Of a stretch of DNA of 64,000 nucleotides, positions 57,763 through 64,000 are shown one piece after another. Position 1 is the first letter of the stretch. Each line of letters begins with the position of its first letter. Position numbers and translations under genes: made by a program. The DNA is from a virus. Taxonomy: Duplodnaviria > Caudoviricetes. The stretch covers positions 1-64,000 of the IMG/VR virus record IMGVR_UViG_3300037310_000564, one strand, 5' to 3'. The notes below the pieces were generated by a model, which saw nothing but the letters and a program-made list of their open reading frames with translations, was not told the DNA's origin and did not search any database.

Positions 57763-58242
57763 ATGAGTAAATTATGTTGGTTATTCTTTATCTTACTAAC
57801 GCTTTTTGGGTGTGTTTCTGCAAATCCAACACCACCAAAGGATGATGTCCTATCCCACTCTGAGGTGATTTGGTTTTTGTCACATTCTTCTGGTATTGGC
57901 TCTGTCAATACTGTTAAAAATAACAATTTAGGCCCTGATGCTTGTGAATCCTATTTGTTGGAAATTCATGATGTTGCCAAAATTGCTGATGTGCCATTTT
58001 ATATTGGGATTCAGAATCCAGCATTTATTATTGCACTCTCGATCAAGCCGCTATCTGGTTCTTCTTTCTTTGCGGATGGTTATGTTTTTACAGGGGATCG
58101 TGACAAAGCAGTAATAAAGCTGTTTGGTGGCCAAAAATATGACACGTGCTTCGAAAGCACTCCAGACCATACAGCCATAGACAGAAATAAGCCATTACGT
58201 GTTTACCGCGTTTCAGGAAAGGTCAATGCCAATGAAAAATAA
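57763..58242 (+). CDS. Lipoprotein
   Basis: Lipobox LFGC after a hydrophobic stretch. Confidence 0.7.
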   Translation: MSKLCWLFFILLTLFGCVSANPTPPKDDVLSHSEVIWFLSHSSGIGSVNTVKNNNLGPDACESYLLEIHDVAKIADVPFYIGIQNPAFIIALSIKPLSGSSFFADGYVFTGDRDKAVIKLFGGQKYDTCFESTPDHTAIDRNKPLRVYRVSGKVNANEK

Positions 58243-58570
58243 TTACACCACAGCGCTAGTATTGTTATTTGTACTATCTGTTATTAACATGACTGGAATT
58301 ATTATGGTTGGAGTAGACATTAACCATAAAACATCTGAATTATTCAGAATTATGGACATGATGGACATGAAATTCTCCAGAATAGAAAAGTTAATGAATG
58401 ACACGTCCAAGTCCACCCAGGAGGCCCAAACAAGCACGGAAGACAGAATTAATACTCTAAATGAAAACCTCCACTCTTTGCACCAAGACATCCTCACCAC
58501 ATTAGAGCCTGAAAATTTTAAAATGATGGTGTATGATGGGTGTAAACCAGCCAAATCATTCAAAAAATAA
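58226..58570 (+). CDS. Membrane-anchored coiled-coil protein
   Basis: N-terminal TM helix; AGGAAAGG RBS. Confidence 0.65.
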   Translation: MPMKNNYTTALVLLFVLSVINMTGIIMVGVDINHKTSELFRIMDMMDMKFSRIEKLMNDTSKSTQEAQTSTEDRINTLNENLHSLHQDILTTLEPENFKMMVYDGCKPAKSFKK

Positions 58571-58576
58571 AAACTC

Positions 58577-58604
58577 TTAAGTTTTTAAGTAGATTTGCCG
58601 ATAA
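58577..58604 (+). promoter_or_regulatory. sigma28-like promoter
   Basis: TAAG-N15-GCCGATAA. Confidence 0.75.
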
Positions 58605-58636
58605 GTAATTGAGACTTCACCTTATTGGGGGGCTTT

Positions 58637-59404
58637 ATGTTTCAATTATTTATCGTTTTTTTGGTATTGGCTATATCATGCCGACCATCGCCTTGGCAAG
58701 TAAACATATCTGACTCAGATCTGACCAGGAAGCACATGGAAGCTCTATACAAAATTGACAAAAAAACACCTCTTGTTTTTGCAATTATTGGCGATACCCA
58801 AGCCGTTCCTGAATCTTTTTATCAATCTATTCAATATCTTAATGAACGTGACGACCTACATTTTATAGCCATTGCTGGAGATCTAACAGACGTTGGTTGG
58901 AGCGCCGAATGGGACATCCTTGGAAAAATCATTAAAAAAAGCAGGGTTCCGGTTTTTACAGTGGTGGGAAATCACGATGGACTGAATTATGGCAAAAAAA
59001 TTTACAAAAAGATGTTTGGTCCATTAAATTACTGGTTTGAGTATAACGGCTATCGTTTTGTGTTCTGGAACAACAATAGTTATGAATGGGAAAATGAAGT
59101 TGATATTGGGTGGTTAGAGGAAAGTATTACACCCAACTCTATTGTATTTGCACATCAGCCCCCAAACAGCAAAGCATTACCAATAGAGGCTGAGCAACGA
59201 TGGTTGGTGGCTCGTCAGAAAGCTGTAATGTCTTTACATGGCCACACACACAAAGAGCAAAACCCGGGGAATCGAGTTTATGTGGTGGGCAGAGTGCCGG
59301 AATATGCAATTGTCTCAATTAATGGCCGGGCCGTGTCTATTGAGAATTGTAAGCCACAAGACAAGCATATTTGTAAACAGGCGGTATCATATGAAAATCA
59401 GTAA
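58637..59404 (+). CDS. Lipoprotein calcineurin-like phosphoesterase
   Basis: Lipobox AISC; IGD, AGD, GNHD, AHQP, HGHTH. Confidence 0.85.
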   Translation: MFQLFIVFLVLAISCRPSPWQVNISDSDLTRKHMEALYKIDKKTPLVFAIIGDTQAVPESFYQSIQYLNERDDLHFIAIAGDLTDVGWSAEWDILGKIIKKSRVPVFTVVGNHDGLNYGKKIYKKMFGPLNYWFEYNGYRFVFWNNNSYEWENEVDIGWLEESITPNSIVFAHQPPNSKALPIEAEQRWLVARQKAVMSLHGHTHKEQNPGNRVYVVGRVPEYAIVSINGRAVSIENCKPQDKHICKQAVSYENQ

Positions 59405-59903
59405 AATAATTGCAACAATAGGTTTGTTTTCGGCACCATTGACATCCAATCTGGCACTGGGAATGGAAAATTTGTACTGCTCGGCACAGAGCGGCGCCTT
59501 TTTGGGAGCCCTGTCACTTGGGTGCGGTTTGTATGAGCGGCACTATCAGTTATTTTTCATGAGGGCTTATACGCCACCGATTATTGTGTCTGACTATCCA
59601 ATTCATACTTTTGGTTTAAAAAGCTCCTTAAAATTCAGTAACTTATATATCGGAACCTCTATTTTATACAACACAGACAACAAAAACACCTTTGCCAAAT
59701 TGCCTGACAAATACCCTGCAAAATACTATCCCCTCACCGGGATTAGGACAGTTCCACATTTGGGGATAATCCTTTCTGACTCGAATTTTGTAGAAGTGGG
59801 AACTGTAGATTATCTTTTAGAACTAAGAGTCAGAAATTCCCAATATATTCAGTACTATGACGTTATTTCTATTGGCATAGGACACACCTTTTTGGCCAAA
59901 TAG
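59391..59903 (+). CDS. Secreted / outer-membrane beta-rich protein
   Basis: Signal peptide MKISKIIATIGLFSAPLTSNLALG, amphipathic beta strands, C-terminal GIGHTF (track start 59238). Confidence 0.6.
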   Translation: MKISKIIATIGLFSAPLTSNLALGMENLYCSAQSGAFLGALSLGCGLYERHYQLFFMRAYTPPIIVSDYPIHTFGLKSSLKFSNLYIGTSILYNTDNKNTFAKLPDKYPAKYYPLTGIRTVPHLGIILSDSNFVEVGTVDYLLELRVRNSQYIQYYDVISIGIGHTFLAK

Positions 59904-59962
59904 TTGCGCCACTGCCAATAAGCTGTTATTGTCTCCATGTCTAATTTAGGTATGGAGATTGT

Positions 59963-60940
59963 ATGATCCTATGTGTTGGCGACGCTCACTATAAGAAAAA
60001 CAATGCTTTATTGACGGATATGTTTCAGCAAGAGCTGCTAATGCTGATCGAGCAAAGGAAAATAAAAAACATAGTACTTTTAGGGGATTACCATGATTCA
60101 TGGGACATGATCTCCTCCCCGGTCCTGAACAGGTTATTTAATTTTTTCGTTGAATTAAGTACCGTGACCAATGTTTATTATGTCGTCGGCAATCACGACC
60201 TTATTAACAATAACCAATTTTGCTCTGAAGAACATTTTTTTAATTCTTTCAAGACCATTCCCAATGTTTTCATTATTGATAAGCCAGTGACATATATGGT
60301 TGGAGATGTATTGGCTGCTTTTATTCCTTTTGTGGTGGATGGGAAATTTAATGAGGCATTGCAGCAAATTAATCAAAAATATCACATACTTTTCACCCAC
60401 AATGAATTCAGTGGTGCAATAATGGGCAGTTTAGTCAGCACCTCTGCCAACTCATGGCCAATTACCAACCCACTTTTGGTGTCTGGCCATATTCACACCA
60501 AACAGTGGCTACAAAAAAACTTGTATTATCCAGGAGTTCCGTACGACATCCATTTTGAAAATGAAGACTCAGCTGACAAAACCGTGTCTATACTCACCAC
60601 CAACCAAAGAGGATTTGACGTCGAGGAAATTTGTCTTGGATTGCCCACAAAAAGAATCTTGAAGATGACCATTCAGGAATTTGAGTCGCACAAATGGAAT
60701 GAAAAAACACTCTCTTCCATAAAAGTCCTGGTTTCTGGAACGCAGGAAGATCTAACGGCATTAAGCAAAAGGATGAAAAACATCCCCAAAAACATTAAAG
60801 TGGTGTTTACTCCAATTAACTCCACATCCCAGCAAAGAGAAAAAAGAGCTGTTTCTTTTATCGACTCTTTGATGGAACTGACACAAACAGAGTCTGAAGA
60901 GATTAGGGATTTAGTTAAACAGGTGGTGGATGAGACATGA
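59963..60940 (+). CDS. SbcD/Mre11/gp47-like nuclease
   Basis: GDAH, LGD, GNHD, THNE, SGHIH; coupled to the SbcC-like gene. Confidence 0.88.
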   Translation: MILCVGDAHYKKNNALLTDMFQQELLMLIEQRKIKNIVLLGDYHDSWDMISSPVLNRLFNFFVELSTVTNVYYVVGNHDLINNNQFCSEEHFFNSFKTIPNVFIIDKPVTYMVGDVLAAFIPFVVDGKFNEALQQINQKYHILFTHNEFSGAIMGSLVSTSANSWPITNPLLVSGHIHTKQWLQKNLYYPGVPYDIHFENEDSADKTVSILTTNQRGFDVEEICLGLPTKRILKMTIQEFESHKWNEKTLSSIKVLVSGTQEDLTALSKRMKNIPKNIKVVFTPINSTSQQREKRAVSFIDSLMELTQTESEEIRDLVKQVVDET

Positions 60941-63099
60941 TCCACCTAAATCTAAAAAAATTCAAGCAATTTAGTGACTTATCCATAGAATTACCCGAAA
61001 CTGGCTTAGTCATGCTTTCAGGGCCTTCTGGTGCGGGCAAAACATCAGTCTTTGAGGCCATGCGGGAAGCGTTGTGGGGAGATGGGGATGATGTTCAACC
61101 ATGGGGCAGCACAAAGAGTTGTGTTGAATTGAAGGCATGGGGACTTAACATCACACGATCACGTGGCTCTAGGTCTTTGTTGGTAAATGGTAAGCCAGAC
61201 GCTCAAGGGGAAGAGCTAATTGAAAATGCTTTAAGAATGGATGTTCATGAATTCATGGCCAGTTCCTATATACAACAAAAGCAGAAAAACTCTCTTTTAT
61301 CACTAACCCCGGCAGAACAATTAAGGTTTGTGCAGCGGTTAGTGGCTGGTTCAGTGGACCCTGAGCTGTTTAGGTCCAAACTTGCTGTAATTAAGCAACA
61401 GGTGGATGCTGCGCTGGATGCTATGAAATGGCAACAGGCCAAAATGGAAAGTGAAAAAGAGTCTTTGCAAAATCAGGTTGGTGTGTTGTTAATTCAACTG
61501 AATGCCACAGTCACACCAAATGGTATGACGGATGAACAAATTATTAATAATTACAATATGTTGAATAAGGCAAATGAAGAGATCTTAGCCTGCTCTAAAA
61601 CGATTGCGCAGCTATCTGCGGCAATTCAGCAAAATCACTTCAACAAAACGCAAAAAAACAATCTTAACAACAGAAGGGTGGAACTGTTAGACTCTATTGC
61701 CAAAAAACAACAAACGCTCCAAACTCTTCAGCAAAAAATCAATAAAAGGGATGACTTAGAGCAAAAATTGATTGAAAATACTCACCAAAAAGAACAATAT
61801 CAAAAGGTAATTGAGTTTTGGCATTGGAATGAAAAAAAAGACAGCTTCGTTACCTCTTTGGGATTGGAGCTGGGAGGATCTACTGTTGGCGATGCATTAC
61901 AGAGATCAATCCAGGAACTCGAGAATAGACATGGTGCTTACCAGCAGAGCGCCCGAGACCTCTCGCGTACAGTGGATCTAATGCAGCTCAACAAAGGTAG
62001 CCATTCCTGCCCAGAGTGCGGCACTGCCTTGGGTATCGACAAGGGGAACATTGTCAAAAAAACAGCATTTGATCATGCGATGTTTCAGGCCAAGACCGAT
62101 GAATTGTCCGCTCTAACAACTAAAATCACTAAGACCGGCGATGAGATTAGGGTGCGGCAATCTCATCTTATTCAATATAATGATTTAATAGGAATTTATA
62201 AAAACCTTTTAGTAAAAAAAGCCACCATTCCGAAAGAAGAGGCGCAAAAACAAATCCAATTCCTTTCCCAGGAAAATGAAAAAATAACTAATATTCTTGA
62301 GGATGTGCGGGCAAATTCAAAAGCCATCAGTTTATTAGATGACGACTTAACAGTTTTTGCTAAAAAGGTGGCCGAAATTGATTCTGAGATTTCTGCCATT
62401 GGACAGATCGATGAGTCTTCCATGTTGGCCGAAAAGGAGGCGATGGATAATAAGCTTAAGGATTGGCACTCTATTAAGTTGACAGTTTTTAATGCCGCCG
62501 AAGACTTTCAAAATTGGAGCCAAACAAAGGCCAAAAAAGAAAGCATAGAAATGACCGTTAAGTCATTAAACCACACGATTCAACAAAAAGAACGGGATAT
62601 TCAAGCACTTAGCATAGATATAAAAAAACAGGCAGCAAAGGCCGGAGCCTGTAGGCGATTATTGGACCTAAGCAAACAAGCCTCCATGATGGCCATTAAT
62701 CATTTGCTTGAAGAAATCAACTTTTACGCCACCACGACTCTTTCTGGCTTCTTTCCCTCTGAGGGAACATCCATCCGATTAAGAAACTCATACGAAACGC
62801 AAAAAGGTGAGCAAAAACCAAAAATTAGCTTAGAGATATTCCACAAAGGACAAACACCTAAGAAGCTTTCCTCCTTATCCGGAGGGGAGGAATCAAGGGT
62901 GACTTTGGCTTTTCAGATGGCCCTGTCTGAGCTATATAACTCTCCAATATTATTAGTAGATGAAGGATTTGTAGGCCTACCTTTGGAACAAAAACTGGAA
63001 TGCCTTGAGATGCTTAAGCCAATATCCCAAAAGAAATTGGTTTGTGTAATTGAGCATGGCATGCCTGAGCACGTTTTTGACCAAATAATCTATATCTAA
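60937..63099 (+). CDS. SbcC/Rad50/gp46-like ATPase
   Basis: GPSGAGKT, coiled coils with a CPEC hook, LSGGE, LLVDEG. Confidence 0.92.
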   Translation: MIHLNLKKFKQFSDLSIELPETGLVMLSGPSGAGKTSVFEAMREALWGDGDDVQPWGSTKSCVELKAWGLNITRSRGSRSLLVNGKPDAQGEELIENALRMDVHEFMASSYIQQKQKNSLLSLTPAEQLRFVQRLVAGSVDPELFRSKLAVIKQQVDAALDAMKWQQAKMESEKESLQNQVGVLLIQLNATVTPNGMTDEQIINNYNMLNKANEEILACSKTIAQLSAAIQQNHFNKTQKNNLNNRRVELLDSIAKKQQTLQTLQQKINKRDDLEQKLIENTHQKEQYQKVIEFWHWNEKKDSFVTSLGLELGGSTVGDALQRSIQELENRHGAYQQSARDLSRTVDLMQLNKGSHSCPECGTALGIDKGNIVKKTAFDHAMFQAKTDELSALTTKITKTGDEIRVRQSHLIQYNDLIGIYKNLLVKKATIPKEEAQKQIQFLSQENEKITNILEDVRANSKAISLLDDDLTVFAKKVAEIDSEISAIGQIDESSMLAEKEAMDNKLKDWHSIKLTVFNAAEDFQNWSQTKAKKESIEMTVKSLNHTIQQKERDIQALSIDIKKQAAKAGACRRLLDLSKQASMMAINHLLEEINFYATTTLSGFFPSEGTSIRLRNSYETQKGEQKPKISLEIFHKGQTPKKLSSLSGGEESRVTLAFQMALSELYNSPILLVDEGFVGLPLEQKLECLEMLKPISQKKLVCVIEHGMPEHVFDQIIYI

Positions 63100-63131
63100 T
63101 CCAATAAATTCCAATGCTTATGTATTAGTTG

Positions 63132-63158
63132 TAAAGTTTTTCCCAAAAAGGCCGATAA
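63132..63158 (+). promoter_or_regulatory. Perfect sigma28 (FliA) consensus promoter
   Basis: TAAAGTTT-ttcccaaaaag(11)-GCCGATAA. Confidence 0.85.
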
Positions 63159-63215
63159 GGTTAATGGTAGTTGGTTGAAGTCACTTAAACTGGCTTTTTA
63201 AAACAGGGGGGTTAT

Positions 63216-63428
63216 GTGTATGTAAAAAAAGCCAAATTTATTCTGAGGATGGCATTTATTAGGCAGTGGGCTATTCCGGATCTCATTGAGATTTATTACC
63301 CGGATCTTTCGCTGGACGAAAAATGCCAAATTTTGGACGAAGTGGAAAAATTAACATTTGGAGCAATGAATCATGAAAACTCTTACAACTATTGCATTAA
63401 CGATGTGTGCGGCAATTTCTTGCACTAA
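63216..63428 (+). CDS. Small hypothetical protein
   Basis: GGGGG RBS; first ORF after the sigma28 site. Confidence 0.55.
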   Translation: MYVKKAKFILRMAFIRQWAIPDLIEIYYPDLSLDEKCQILDEVEKLTFGAMNHENSYNYCINDVCGNFLH

Positions 63429-64000
63429 TTCTCAGGAGTTAGACCAAGCAACTAAGAAAATAGAGCAACTGGTAAAACAAAACAAAGAACTTCAGGGAAG
63501 GGTGGACAACCTAAACTTTATTAACACCATTCCTTTGTCCGAGATTGTGCTGCATACTTTGCAGGCCTGTAACACCAAACAATCTGAGGCAATGATTAAT
63601 TATTACTCAGAAATGATTCCGCGCGTTTTAGAAAAACGCATTCCAAATGACCGATATGGCCAAATGTCTTTATTGTCAATGTTTTGCAAAGAGTCGGGAT
63701 TTAATCCTCAAGCCCAATCCCCAACTGGTCCAAAAGGTTTGGGTCAAGTGGCCAAGGCGGCTTTTCATGAAGGTCTATCACGATGTGGCCTGCCGGCGGC
63801 CAAAGACGATGATGTTTGGGTCCCAGAGCTAAATGTAACTGCTGCGGCTTGCTATTTTCAGCACCTATTGACGTTAGCTGGACCGGGGCGATATACTGTG
63901 GCCATGGCGGCATACAACCAAGGACCTAACTCCGAAGCTGTTAAAAACCTCCAAAAACACGGGAACTTACGTGGAGAAGAGCCAACAGCCTATGTATCTG
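63373..64000 (+). CDS. Lipoprotein lytic transglycosylase (SLT domain), truncated by window end
   Basis: Not in the track. MKTLTTIALTMCAAISC lipobox, then a coiled coil, then KESGFNPQAQSPTGPKGLGQV and AMAAYNQG; frame open to 64000. Confidence 0.85.
   Translation, partial: MKTLTTIALTMCAAISCTNSQELDQATKKIEQLVKQNKELQGRVDNLNFINTIPLSEIVLHTLQACNTKQSEAMINYYSEMIPRVLEKRIPNDRYGQMSLLSMFCKESGFNPQAQSPTGPKGLGQVAKAAFHEGLSRCGLPAAKDDDVWVPELNVTAAACYFQHLLTLAGPGRYTVAMAAYNQGPNSEAVKNLQKHGNLRGEEPTAYVS

Noticed and set aside
63647-63913. Short track ORFs at the window end
   Set aside because: Alternative frames within the SLT lipoprotein gene.

Overview
A 64-kb segment of a large (jumbo-type) contractile-tailed dsDNA phage infecting a probably flagellated diderm host. 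The minus strand carries the virion module: baseplate wedge, a 2488-aa baseplate-J-like protein, spike, hub, tape measure, three tube-like paralogues, sheath, major capsid, scaffold and neck proteins. It also carries a class II ribonucleotide reductase. The plus strand carries the replication/recombination module (AEP/wHTH Rep-like protein, GroEL-like chaperonin, DnaB-like helicase, SbcCD-like pair), plus dUTPase, ClpP, an AAA ATPase, phosphoesterases and lipoproteins. Two features stand out. (1) A 3.75-kb array of 17 translationally coupled paralogous mini-genes (16 intact, 1 broken) is inserted between two baseplate genes. Each has a constant basic leader followed by variable x-Q-[VI]-[WRG] tetrapeptide repeats, with signs of mosaic recombination. 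(2) Six matches to the flagellar sigma28 (FliA) promoter consensus TAAAGTTT-N11-GCCGATAA, two of them perfect, lie upstream of this array and of several envelope-targeted accessory genes. Also present are a catalytically degenerate uracil-DNA glycosylase homologue, an exported ClpP-like protease, a Gp88-like domain embedded in a head-module protein, and 83-bp direct repeats upstream of the Rep-like gene. I found no tRNA, rRNA or CRISPR array. All family assignments come from motif recognition by eye, not database searches.
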